Shown here: positions 11,133 through 24,548 of the stretch, piece by piece | How positions within the stretch are numbered: position 1 is the stretch's first letter | Layout of the letters: the number at the start of each line of letters is the position of its first letter | Source of the DNA: Paraspadella gotoi | Lineage: Eukaryota > Animalia > Chaetognatha | Assembly (NCBI GenBank): GCA_051294375.1 | Contig: CM119263.1 | Coordinates: 28,367,940-28,431,939 of the forward strand | Length of the DNA stretch: 64,000 nt | Direction: 5' to 3' | Notes under the pieces: generated by a model | Told to the model about the DNA's origin: nothing | Seen by the model: only the letters and a program-made list of their open reading frames with translations | Databases searched by the model: none | Made by a program: the position numbers and the translations under genes

Positions 11133-12381
11133 AATCATTGTTAGAAATGATTTTAATTCAAACAAATTCTCTTCGTGAATATCTGAATCACGTCAATTGG
11201 TTTTAGTCTCAACTTTAATGATTTTATATTATCTTTACTCTCATTGGTCGAATTCTACCAATAGTAGTTAATGATTGAATTCTCAATAATTTTAAAGAAG
11301 ATCTCTCTTCTCATTGGTCCATTAAATTTAGTCTTTGTATAAAAGAAAGGGCAACTTTTATTTTTTGAAGAGATTGCCCTGGGACCATAAGGTAATTGAT
11401 TGATTAACTGAAATTATTAAATAGTGGAATTAGTATTAATAAATGGTTATTTTTTGTAGCTTTTGAGCTTCCACAGCTCTTCCAATGGCTCTTCCACAGC
11501 TCTTTCAATGGCTCTACTGATTGCTATTTCGATTGTCCTTATAACTGTCAACTGAATTACAACTAACTTCAATTAATACTAATGGCGTTACGGTTATTGA
11601 TGAGTCAACAATAGAGAAATTAATATGAAGGATGCTCAATCGTGTTCCCAAGTCCGTAAGGAAATGTGCAATCTCTAACAATCATAGTTATGGATTAGGT
11701 TAGGAGTAGGTTTAAGAAATAAGGGAAGGGATTAGGGAAATAAGGATATAGTCAGGATAAAGAATTACGTTATGAACTTTAAGACTAGCGTTAGATATTA
11801 AAATTAAGTTCTGCACTAAATGAAAAACTTTCGGAAAATAGTCGTTAAAACTATTTTTAGCGTCTCATTTCGACGTCTGTGACATTATTTCCGTCACCTC
11901 TTCTGGGATACAAACACAAACCGCCTCCACATTCTGCAATGCCAGAATCCGCCAACGCAAAGGCTGTCATTTTCCCTTCCCGTCCGGACGAGTCAATGTT
12001 TGTCCCGCAAATGCAAAACAGCTTCTCTCTTCGCGCTAATCAATCCAGTTCTCTCTGTTGTCGTCTCTTCTCTTTTCTTCTCTTTTCTTTTCTTTTCTTT
12101 TATTCAATCTTTTTTTCTTCTCTTTTTTTGCTTTTTTTTCTTTTCTTTNNNNNNNNNNTCTTTTCTTTTCTTTTCTTCAATCTTTTATTCTTATCGTTTT
12201 GATTATTTAGTCGCCGTCGTTTTGTTGTGTTACTTACAGCTAATCATTTCACTTTAGCAATTATTTATTTTCTTATGAAGTGATTAACTATCAAAGTCGA
12301 TCAAATTACGATAAACATGACCAAGCACAGATGAAAGTAAAAGTTTAGTGATTTTATGGGCGGAGAAACTTTTTAGAAAAA

Positions 12382-12420
<39 letters not shown>

Positions 12421-13130
12421 TCGCGAAACCTCTGGCGACCGATAATTATCGGAAAACTCTCGACGGTCGAACGACAAACGTTTTCCCGGAAGTCAGACTC
12501 TTAAGGGAAGAGAAAGAGAAGTGAAAAGAAGAGAATGTAAATAAGAAGAGAATAGCATAGAAGAGAATAGAAGAGAATAGAATAGAAATAAGAAGAGAAA
12601 ATAGACAAAAATAAAAAGAAAGATAAAAATTGCTTTATTAAAGGGAAAATAATGATAACGCGTTAAAGAAAGATAGAAGGAAAAAACGAGAAAAGAAAGA
12701 AAGAAAAAAAGAAAGAAAAACGAAAGAAGGAAAGAAAAAAAGGAGAGTAAGAAAGAAAGAAAAAAAAGAAAAAAAAAAGAATTAAGAAAGAAAGAAAAAA
12801 TGAAAGAAAGAAAGCAAAAATAAAGAAGGAAAGAAAAGAAAGCAAGAAAGAAAGAAAAAAAAGAAAAAAGAAAAGGAAATAAAAAGAAGATGAGAAAAGA
12901 AAGTGAGTCAGCGTCCCATTCGTTTAACTTTCGCTTTCCTCTCTTTTCTCTTCCGCAGAATCGATCGATCTTGAGGTCGATTCCAAGGGGGGGGGGGGAC
13001 GGAGGTGAGTTGGGGAATAAGGAACGAGGTCGGTCGGTCGGTCGGTCGATAACGGAGGTGATTGAGTTAGGGGAACATCCAAAGGGTGGAACGAGAGGAG
13101 TCCACACTCGCTGTCCTAAGCCATCATGGA

Positions 13131-13179
<49 letters not shown>

Positions 13180-14728
13180 ATCCTCCATTGACTGGGTTTT
13201 AATCCTAATCCACCTAATCCAATGGTTTTTAATCTCAGAGAATCCTCTCCACTCTTTTCCTCCTTACCCACCAAATCCACCACCCCCCCACACTTCCCCC
13301 CCCCTTTGACTAAAACGCGGATCGTTTCTTTCCTTCGCTTCATTTTCTTTTTCGCTTCACTTGATTTCCTTCCCCTTTTTTTTGTTTCAGATGAGTCTTA
13401 CCCGTTCTAAGCTTTACTCACCCCTTTCATCTCAGACTTACTATATGATTCAGGTTTTTTCCTTATCAATGAGCGTGTAGAGGGGTGGACCCCCGCCACA
13501 AAACCGAGGAGCCCGGGCCATTGGGGGTTACGGGAGAAATTCGTTGGGCTGAAAAAAAAAAATAGAATAAAAAAAAATGACACATTACGTTGAGTATTAA
13601 CATTGACAAGCTCTTAATTTTGTGTAAAAGACTATTTTACAAGTTTAAATTTCAAAACCTTAAAAGAACATAGGTATTAAGAAACTTTTTTTACTTCAAT
13701 ATTTGCACATTAAAATAAAATTATATCAATAAAGGTTCTAAAAAACACTTGTCACTTATTCTTATTTTGTTTAGCAGAAAGTTGCGGAAGCAGAAGGCTG
13801 GTATCGATTCTAAGAGAGAAAAAAAATAGGATGAAAAATCCATTTCTGGGTTAGTGAGACTGTTGCAAACTTCTTTCCTTAATATATATTTTTAAAGAAA
13901 CCTTTAAGGTTCACACTACATTGGCGATTAGATTAGGTTTTTTTTTCATTTAGATCAGTTATTTATATTTATTTATCTATTTATGAGCACCTAAAAATTC
14001 TAAACCACAAAATCGGTTTGACCTAAAAATAGTATTACGATTCTGAAACGCTCTACTTTGCGAACCAATCGACCGACGCTACATTAACAAGCCGGTTCCG
14101 CCAAGCAGTGGCGGTTCCGCCGCCGCCGCCGCTGTTGCCGCCGCCTCCGCCGCCGCCGCTTCCATTTCGACGCCAATATTCTCGTCGTATCGAATTCATT
14201 TTTTTTCCAACCCAAAAGCCTCGACAAACATTATGACGTTGTTGGTTTTCGTTTACACTCGAACGCTAAAAACGAAACATCGTCGACGAAGAGATAAAAC
14301 AGTTTTGTCTTTTTTTTTTACGAAAACCGAAACGGAGAAGAAACAACTGAGATGTTGAAAGAACGAAACGAACAAAGAGAGTGTTGGACTGTTGGAACTA
14401 CAGATGACACAACATCAGGGGAAAAAGAATAGTTTGCGATCTGCGGCACTGACCGCAAACTTTCATCGTACATTTTGTAAAGATTGTGAGCAATGAGGTA
14501 ATACGGCGTAATATGAACACTATGTAGAGCGCAAAACTTAAAGTGAACGTAAAATGATTTACCATGCAAACTTAACTTACTAACAAACTAATTAAAACCA
14601 CTTACAAGCTAACTTAATTAACTAACCACCTAATTAACTTACCTAAGTAAAATAAACCAATTAATTAAACCAAAAAAATAAACTAAGCAACTATTTAAAC
14701 CAGAGATCCCTCCACCACCATTTCTACC

Positions 14729-17554
14729 ATGACCACCACCGACGCATTCCTCTCAACCACCTCGGCCCACGGCCTGCCCCGTCTCCGTCAGGGCTCGCGC
14801 AGGCGCCGTGCCGTTTGGGCTTTCGTCTGCGTCGCGGCCTACTGCGGCCTCTTGACCTGGACGGCTCTGCTCTTCTTTCAATTCTTCGATCCGGACGATC
14901 TCTCGACGAGCGTCTCCGTGGAGACCCTCAGCGGGACCTACGACGAAGACGGGGACTTCGCCAGCGACGAGGTCTTTCCTCGACCCGTTCTCTGCGTGCC
15001 GGAGGTAGAGAGCCAGTGGAGATCGAAGGGGTGAAGCCTGAAGGGCATAAGATTGTTATTTAAACTGTCTTTAAAATTTGAAATTAAATTAAATTTAATT
15101 CATCGCTGAGATAAACTTTAAATGGATTAAGTGACTTTTTAGTTAATTATTTAATAGACATATACATGCTTTGATGCTTTCATGATCATCATCATCATCA
15201 TCATCGCCGTCGTCTTCGTCATCATAAACATGAGATAGTAATAAAAAAAATATTGTGATTGTGTTTTTATATTTAAGTTGTCATCCATCATAATAATTTT
15301 CTTAAAAGATTAAATATTTCATACAACTCAAACCAGATCACCTAATCACTATTCAAACTATAAGTATAAATATTGAAACGTTCCAAGTGACCTGTAAATC
15401 TGCTCCACCCCAGGCTCGCCCAGCTGATTGGCACCTCTTCCGCCGAGCCCGTCTCGGCCGCGTCTCCAACGTCCACGACGACGAAGAGAACATCACCTAC
15501 GCTCCATTCGACTTCCGGCCGACGCTCTTCGATGCCCAGAGCGCCTACGGACTCGGCTCCGACGCGGCGTTGGGCCTCTGCGCATCCTTCCACGAATCCG
15601 CCGAGTACTACATCATTCGATGGAACGGAGTCCAGAGTCTTGACTTGTACATCACGATGACCAACACCAGCCACGCGCCGGTCTACAGTTTCGAGAAGGT
15701 TTGGGATGGGGTTGGGAATAAATAATGGAGAGTTTTTTTTCTTCTTGGGAACTTTGAAATATTCCCGATTGTCCCTCGAAAAAGTGGGCCTTTATGGCAA
15801 TGGGATGGAGTGTGGTACCCGGGGTTTCTCACCAATTGGCGCAGGTGTTGCAGACCCTAAATGACCGCCTCCTGTCGCTGGCATGTTTACACCGGTATCG
15901 TCACGTTTAATATTTTGTATCTCATACAAACTAACTTTTACCCTTACCCTCTTCAAGAAAAAGCTAACCTGGCGAGACAAGGTGGTCTCCGTTCGTTTGA
16001 CCGAAATGCAAACGACTCATTTCTTCGGCTCAAACTACACAGACCGATTTCCCTCGGAGGCGAACGAAGGACTTTCCTTCTACGACGAAAACTTTTGTCT
16101 CGACTCCTGTTTTTACAAGGTGGCCTTTTTTTGAAAAAAATGTTGGAAAATTGTATTTTTGTTTTAAAGTAGTTTATATAAAAGAATAATCAATCTTTAA
16201 ACTGACAGGTTTATTTTTTAGCTCATTTTTTATATTAAAAAAGTTTAAGGGCAAGTTTTATAAAAGAAAACACAATTTAAATTTTTGAATTTTTTAAATT
16301 TTATTTTCTTGTTAATTATAGATATTTGGATATTAGAGCTAGATTTGGATATTTAGATATTAGAGATATATTTGTTATATGTGTTATATTTTAAATATAA
16401 TTATAATTTCGTTACATTAAATGTCTTAAATATAAAATATTTTCTCGATTGAACCCCCCCTCCCCAATCCACTCGAGGTTTGGCGGGAAAACTCCTCATT
16501 CGCCCGTCACGAAAAGGCCCGACGTCACTACGAAAATCTGGCGACGCAACGTCAGGCCGTCCTACAGCCCGACAAATGGCGGGAAATCCTGGCCGACGTT
16601 TGCGCCAACGCGACCGATATGGTCGTCCACTTTCCTTATCATTTTCTCTGCGACTTTCGCAGCCAAGAGTGCAATCGCGCCTTTAAGAAGTGAGTTGTTG
16701 GGAAAACCTGACTTTGTCTATTCATCCTCCCGTATTTTCGCAGTTTTATTAGAATGAATGTATGTATTTATCAATGTCAATATAACAATATTACTTCTCG
16801 CTACTCAGGCGATAAGTATAACAGAAACTCTACCGAAAGATAAGAAATTATGAGTTTCTGAGAATGGAAAAAGCTAAAGTTGATGAAACCGATTATATGA
16901 TTGTTTTATATACTTTTTAATCAGATAAAGGACATGATGAATTAAGTTATCAATTCGTTAATTAAATGCATCGTATAGTTATAAAATTTAAAGCAAAATT
17001 TGATGCAGATTATATAATCAAATATCAATTTCTATTAAATTATTTATAAAATGGTTGAAAGAAAAGTTTATAGGATCAATCGAGACCTTAATGAACCAAG
17101 CTCAGTCTTTGCCTTTATATATCTTAATTAAATCCACATTCTATATTCTAAAGTTACTATCCGTCCACCCCCTCCCATCCCCTCCATCCGCAGATACCAC
17201 TCCATCATCCCTCGATGCCAGGCGATCTGCAAGCGACGCCACGTGGACGAGCGATTCCGCCTGATCGCCGACAGCCTGGGCGACGACAAGATCCGGCTCA
17301 ACCGGATGGAGGCCTACGTCGCCGTCAACAAGACGGAGCTCTGGTTCCACAGCACTTCCCTCAAGCGGACCGTCTTGCGGCAAAAGCCCAAGATGACCAG
17401 CGTCGACCTGCTGGGGCTGGTGGGCGGGTACATGGGGCTCTTGGTCGGGGCCTCCGTCGTCACCCTTTGCGAATTCGCCGAGTTCTTCTTCAGCAAAGTT
17501 TGCGGTGGGTTGAAAGGGAATGAGAAAGTGGGGAGGAAAGGGGGCGGGAGTTAG
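14729..17554 (+). CDS. DEG/ENaC (amiloride-sensitive sodium channel/ASIC/pickpocket family) subunit, ~431 aa; exons 14729-15004, 15414-15698, 15958-16119, 16478-16689, 17194-17554 (alternatively ends 17497 plus terminal exon 18008-18067)
   Basis: N-terminal TSAHGL (HG motif), TM1 (RRAVWAFVCVAAYCGLLTW), FPRPVLC, thumb motif YDENFCLDSCF, and TM2 signature LLGLVGGYMGLLVGASVVTLCEF (GAS belt). All exons join in frame via GT-AG introns. Confidence 0.92.
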
Positions 17555-18007
17555 GGTGAGGGAGTGGGGAGAGAAGAACAGGAAAGGTTTCGGTATGTTG
17601 AATAATTAATATTCATTCTGATGAGAAAACAATGCGAAGTAAATATATATACTTTCTAAAGTATTAATCTTTTTTTCTGGATCTCATGTGAAGAGCATAC
17701 TCAGATCAGAGAGACATCTCCCACTGTCTGTCCACCATTCCCTCATTATAGATAACCAAGACATTTTTAAAATTTAAAAAAAAAAAAGATTATTATTTTT
17801 CACTTTCTCGTCACTTAGTTTAAGAGAATGCAATTCATAGAATTAAGCGGCTATTCAAAATGACTTTTGTAGTCGAAGAAATTCACAAAAAATCTTGAAC
17901 CGAAGAGAGTTAAGCCAGGTTGTTTTACACCTTTCTTCTCTTCCGCCGCCCCCCCTCCTCCATCCACCGCGATCCAACTTCACCCCTTTCCTTCCCTCGG
18001 GATCGAG

Positions 18008-18067
18008 TTATTCTCTCCATGCGACACAAAAGTCAAAAGCCAAAACGTAAACCGTCACGAGTCGTGA
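18008..18067 (+). CDS. Possible alternative terminal exon of the DEG/ENaC gene (LFSPCDTKVKSQNVNRHES*)
   Basis: Phase-0 donor AAA|GTTTGC at 17498 followed by a G-rich tract; a C-rich tract then GAG acceptor at 18007; ends TGA. Confidence 0.4.
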   Translation, partial: LFSPCDTKVKSQNVNRHES

Positions 18068-18259
18068 TTATTATCTCTCCCTCAGCGACCAATCGCAACA
18101 AAACTTAAAACGAAAAAGATCGAGGGACCAATCAGAAGTCACCATTTTGTCGCCTTTAGATTTTGGAACCAAACAAAACGCTTTAAGCCTCGAAAAATTT
18201 GATCATACTTTTTAAAAGAAAGAGAGAAAAAAATAGGAAAGAATACAAGAATGAAAGAA

Positions 18260-18290
18260 AGAAAAAAAGAAAGAAAAAAAGAAAGAAAAA

Positions 18291-18372
<82 letters not shown>
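18260..18372. repeat. (GAAA)n microsatellite
   Basis: direct reading. Confidence 0.95.
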
Positions 18373-18378
<6 letters not shown>

Positions 18379-18546
18379 AGCGAGCGAGCATAACCGAGCG
18401 AAAATTAGCTACCGCTTGATATTTTTTTCTGTTGTCACTCCCAAGTTCTCGCGGAAAAGGGAGGGACTGAATACAGATGAACCTTTTTTAACTGGATTCG
18501 AAAAAAAAAACAGGCTCTGCTACATTAGGCTACCTGCGCAAAACAG

Positions 18547-18660
<114 letters not shown>

Positions 18661-19646
18661 CTGTAATGCCTTGGTAAAATCTATTTCTCTCGAGCCATGA
18701 ATTCCTCGTCGTCTCTCTTTATGGTGCTTCGAGCCGGCCTCATGGTGCCGAGTCTTCTCTCATCTCGCTTCGCACGAGCGCCGCTTTTTCTTCTGTCGAG
18801 CGCCTCAGTCCCATCGGGCGGGAGGATTCTCTGTTTACGTTTCTCTTGAATTAATTCTTTTTAAATATATTTATTTATATTAATTATTTTTCGATATTTT
18901 TTCGATTGAAAATATATTACCTACACAATATAAAGATGTTAGAAATAATTCTTTCGAAAATGTACTTTGCCGATACGTGTTAGAGCCGCCTCGCCTTTGT
19001 CCGTCTCGGGTCAAAAGCGGACTAAATCACATCGTTTTAACCCTGCTTCCAGGTTCAATTCCAATCACGGATAATATATGGATATATTGGATAATATATA
19101 TGGATAATTTGCGACTTTGGAATCACATGAAATCCCACCGTTACTGTAGTATTATCTCTTTGCAAGCCTGAATCTAACCCTTTAATACGTTTGTGGTTTT
19201 TTTTTGTCAGCTGCAAGGTGTACCTTTGTAGAAAAAAAATAGATTTTTTTTAAAACCACTGTCTGGATTTAAGTTAATACTAAGCTTATAATATTTTAAA
19301 AATCAATTTCCCCTGTTTATTACTAGGTACTACTTACCGCCACTGAAAATTTATTGGTAAAAGTGCACCTACTTAAAAAAAATGTCCCTCATTGATTCTT
19401 TGGCGCGACAACTTATTATCATTTATGCCCAAATCAATCGACCACCACTCCGACAACCCAACGCTACCCCTTCACCCCTCGCCCAACCCCCCACTCACCC
19501 CCAGCGCATTTTTCAAAAAGCCCTTTCGCTCCCAGATAGAATTTTTCGACGAGAGATCGAAATCTCAAAGTCATTTTCTTCCAAGAAGAAAATTCTTTCT
19601 TCTTTTTTTGAAAGGAGAAAACGCATCGTTAATGCAACTCCGGCTT

Positions 19647-19763
<117 letters not shown>

Positions 19764-20680
19764 TCCTTTCGCTCTACCTCTCAATTCAATTTTTTTAAAG
19801 CAATACAATTTCGAAATACACCAAATAATTTTTTTGCATAATTCCCTAATTTTTTAAACTACGGATTTTGACGAAGCCGCTAAGCATCGTTCTGAGAGTC
19901 TCGGTTGAGCGGGTCAAGTCGCAAACTAACCTTTAAAGTCAAACCTTTAAGAAAGACACCTTCAGTCGTGATGCCGTGATTGAGCGGTTTGAAAAAGGCA
20001 TAATCAACTTCTACTGCTTTTTAGGCCTTAAGCCCTAATACTAAAACTATTCTGAAAAAAACAATGTTAAGCTAAAATCTCTTTCACAAAATTATTTTTT
20101 GCCAACTCTTCTCCATATTTCTAAATATTGAAGTCATAATTAGTAGGATTAACTTTTACAAGTTTTACGCTGATCCAATCGCCTTAAATTAATTTTTGAT
20201 GGCGGCTTAGATTATCGGGTTGAGACGAGAGAATAAATTAGGGATGACATTAGTGTCGGCTATTGACGCTTGGGATGACAAAAGGGTTTGGTTATGGGTC
20301 GCCATAAGGGGTGATTTCGAAATGAGAAATAGAGCAAAAAGGAAAGAGAGATGATGGTTTTTGAACTTAACAATATAAAAACAAGAACGGTAATTCAAAT
20401 GTGTTGCACCGCAATGACTGCCTTATCACGTGTATTTCTCGTGACATAACATGACGTGACATGACATGACGTGATATAACATGACTACTTGACTACAACA
20501 ACTTTCTAAGCCTTTGTATTTATGACATGCACTGCATCAAAATTCCATCTTTTATGCCTTATAGATTTAGGATTTCCTGAAGGCGGCGCTTGCAGTCCCT
20601 TAGATTTGAGGTTTTTTCTGTCTTAACAAAAATAAGAGAGAAAGAAAGAAAGATAAAAATAACGAGAGAGAAAAAGAGAG

Positions 20681-20724
<44 letters not shown>

Positions 20725-21929
20725 ATAGCGACCAAGTTTTTCAAAATTTTCTTTCTAATTAAATTTTGCATAAACCACTTTTCGCCTGTGAGTTGAACTC
20801 CTCCTCCTCTTAAGTATAGTCAAACCATTGATTCGACCACTTTTCGACTCCTCCTCCGTCTCAACTTCTTCAACTCCTCAACCTCTAAACTTCTCAACCA
20901 TCGTCGTCTTCTCGTCTCCCTCTTCGCCTTTTAACCTCTTCCCCCCCACACCCCCCGACGCCCTCCTTTCTTTCTCTTCGCTCGCCCGCGACAAAAGCCA
21001 AAAAGAAAAAAAGAATATATGGAAAGAAAAGAAAAAAAGAAAAAAAAAAAGAATTTCCATATATCCCACAAGAGGCATTCATTATAACGGGGTTGAGGTC
21101 TGAACTAGTTTCGCGTTTTAAATTTAAAGTTATAACTGGTTTTATTTGGCCATAGTATGTATTATCAATCTGCAAGTTTTTGACAGCGGCCCTGAAAATG
21201 ATTCTCGTTGCAAAACGGAAAAGAGTAAAACCAAAGTAGAACTCAATTGTTGCTGTTTGACTCAGGTTTTTCGTTTTAGCAAACCCAGTCACAACACGAC
21301 AGCAAAGACGCTTTGCCACGGTTCAGGCTGGAGCAACAGGACAAGAACAAACAAGCGCAAAATAAGAAAACGATTTAATCATTTAAAAACGATTAAACAA
21401 TAAAAAAAAAGAAAAAAAAGGACGACTGCAACAAACAAAAGCGACAACCGAAAATCCGTCCGGAAATCAGAACTCCCTGTCGACGCTATTTCCGGCGCCG
21501 CCAGACCGTTGAGGGTCGAGAGTTTGAAGAATCAATTTCCCCCAATTTGGAATCGAGTTGTAAAAGCGTCGCCCTTTTGTTGACCCCGGGCCGGCGTGAG
21601 CGCGTTGCTTGGCAACGTGGCACGCCTCCACGCCTCCGCCCGCGTTCTTTCTCTCCTAAGTCGATCTCGACAGAAAAAGCTTTTTTTTTTAACTTCATTC
21701 CCGAGATATTTTTTGTGGTATCAGATGATATTTCTGAACTTGTTGCTAAGCTTTGGTCGAATTAAAGTTTTATATTTTTAAAAAAATATCATAAAATAAA
21801 TTTATCATTTTCATTGTAAATTGAGAGTAATTAAAAGTAAATACGATAATTTGCCTCTGGCTGCCCCTATCAGTCTATGACCGACTGAACCCGGCTGTCG
21901 GCGCAGCAGCCCGACGAGATTGAACTATA

Positions 21930-22547
21930 CAATAAGGCGTAGTGAAAGTTACATACGAAAATTCTAAAAGTCAATTATGAACAACATACCATCAGTGAAC
22001 ATTAATTTGTAAAAAAAATTAATTTTATGTTTTTTAATTTTCGCAGTAGGCTATATTTATATATAGTACTATCCTTATAAAATCGAAAAATTTCAAAATA
22101 AGCTTTTCTTAATTTTGATTGCAGATTTGAATTCCTCGTCAAAAGTTGATGAAAGAAAATATAATTCATTTTTAAAAATTCTTTCATTAAGTGGGTTAAA
22201 AATTAAAAAAACTATATTTAATATATAAAAAGTTAATTTTCAGCTTAAAATATAGCTTTTTCTAATTTTTGACCCACTTAATGAAGGAATTTTTCAAAAA
22301 GAGTTGTATTTCTTTTTATCAACTTTTTATGACGAATCCAAATCTGCAAAAAAATCTTAGAAAAAACTGTTTTGAAATTTTAACATTTATTGGTTTAGTA
22401 CTAGTATAAATATGGCCTACTGCGTAAATTGTAAAATTTATTATAAATTTTTTTTATACATAAATGTTCATAAGTATAATGTTGTTCGTTTCTCACTTTT
22501 AGAATTTTAATTAAAGTTGAACTTAGGAATTTTACTACGCCTTACTA
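21930..22547. mobile_element. Foldback MITE, Tc1/mariner-like (TA target)
   Basis: TA|CAATAAGGCGTAGT ... ACTACGCCTTACTA|TA; the two halves are imperfect reverse complements over most of the length; noisy second copy at ~41995-42755. Confidence 0.8.
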
Positions 22548-22549
22548 TA

Positions 22550-24142
22550 CAAGGTGAAACACGACAACCCGCCGCTAGAAAAAAAAAAATCGTCGTTTGC
22601 AAACCCGTGAAGATTTTTTTAATCTTAAAGATTTTTTCTTTAGTAAAAACCAAAATAATTTATATATCCAAATTTTATATTGATTGGTTATGATTTGCCT
22701 TGGCAATGAGCGGGGAAATAGTTGCTTTAAAAATTGTCTTTCATTTTAAAATTCAAATCTTTTTTTTTTAATCTTTTTGTCTTAACTTTTTGAAAGCTCT
22801 TGGAAATTTGAAGAAAATAACATATTTAAGAATATTGTTACATAAAAATAAGCTTAACCAGCTTTAGTTTAATCAAGGTAATCAAAATTAAAATAATAAA
22901 ATTCTAAAATATATTTCTTCAAATATCTGACCTATTTTCACTATAATGATCTAACCAATTATTGTTTATAAAGGCATTGTTTTGAACTAAGTTCGGAGAG
23001 TGGTTTCATTGACTTGCTAACTTTCCCGGGCTAACTCTACGCCAAATAAAGCGTTGGTATTTGTGGCGTAATGGCGCAGAGGAGACGATGGTGCCGGTCT
23101 ATGAAGCTCAATAGATGAGGACGACAAAGTCTCGGCCACAAAGGCGAAGCCCAGGACATAGTTGAAGTTAAAGTGGTGAAGTGAAGAAGTGAAGAAAGTG
23201 AAGTTGTGAAGTTGAAGTAAAGTAAAAGTGAAGTAAGTAAAGGTAAAGTTAGAAGTCCTGGGCAAATGATAACAAAACATTTAATACAAACTCAGCAAAT
23301 ATATATATATAAAGTTTAAAGAATCTTTCTTACTTGTTTCTGAAGCCAAAATAGTAACAAAAAGTTGCTTCTCTCACAGGAAAGTCCACCAATCCAGCAA
23401 TTACCAAATAGTTTCTAAAAACTAAAGATTCCGAGATTTTCAGAGAACTGAAAAGTGCAAGAATGACAGATCTGACAGTTCACATCGATAAATCGTAATT
23501 AAAATCTATCGAAATCCGATGAACCAATCAGAATCCGCCACGGAATCTGTACTTAAGTATATATATAACAAAAGTCTAATTCAAAAGATGGCTCTGTAAT
23601 CGCTGGAAAGCTGGCAATTCTTGTGTCAGTAAAAAAGACAAAAGAGCATCGGGAAAAGGGGGAGAAGCTGGATTTCTTCGTGATATATAGATAGTTATTT
23701 CGTAACAGGCATCATAAAAAAGCTTGAGAAAAACTAAATTAAAATGGCTAACAATAATTTAATAATTATTCTAAAACTGCTATTCAGGAATTTTTAATTT
23801 AATAATTATCTTAGTTTTGATTACCTTTTTTGTTTTAAAGATGGATATTACAGTATTTTTAATTATTCCATTCTCTTTATATTTTCAAAAGCTTTCAGAG
23901 GATATTAATATTAAAAAAATGTTTAAAAAGTTAAAAAAAATTGAGTTTTAAAATGAAAGACGATTTTAAAAGCAAATTTTCTCTGTTCAATGCCAAGTCA
24001 AATCAAAACCAATCAATATAAAATTTGGATATATAAATGATTTTGGTTTTTATTACAGAAAAAATCTTTCAGATTAAAAAAATCTTAACAAGTTTGCAAA
24101 TGACGATTTTTTTCGATCGTCGAGTTGTCGTGTGTCACCTTG
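22550..24142. mobile_element. Non-autonomous Tc1/mariner-like element with long (>200 bp) TIRs
   Basis: TA|CAAGGTGAAACACGACAAC ... GTTGTCGTGTGTCACCTTG|TA; ~22550-22810 is the reverse complement of ~23890-24142; no transposase ORF. Confidence 0.85.
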
Positions 24143-24548
24143 TAAGTTAAACGGACGGCGCTGCAGAGCGATTCGATTATTCTATTAATTGAATAAAAAG
24201 AAATTGGGAATAGATTTTAAGTCCTTTCTGGTGTTCTTTTTTCCTGTAGAATGTAAAATCTAAAAGGTAAAATCCTGGACGAAATCTCACGGTGTTTTTA
24301 GGTATATATGTGTATATATTTGTGTGTATAGGTACATAAGAACATAAACGTAAATTCTAAAGTCACTTCTGTTATTTTAAGAAACAATTTTTTTTTGAAA
24401 ATAATACACTTATTCTTACGGATGGAGAGATATTTTATCGTGTTGTTCACTTAAAATTGTTATTCTTTATTAACTAAAGCCATACCTATACGTACCAGGT
24501 CTATATTTACATACCGAAACGTTTCAGTCCTTTTTATCATCTTCCACT

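Noticed and set aside
9751-13410. Long F/L/S-rich and K/R/E-rich ORFs (also at 18199-19841, 39999, 43195, 56145)
   Set aside because: Translations of pyrimidine/purine tracts and microsatellites; no domain or splice support.
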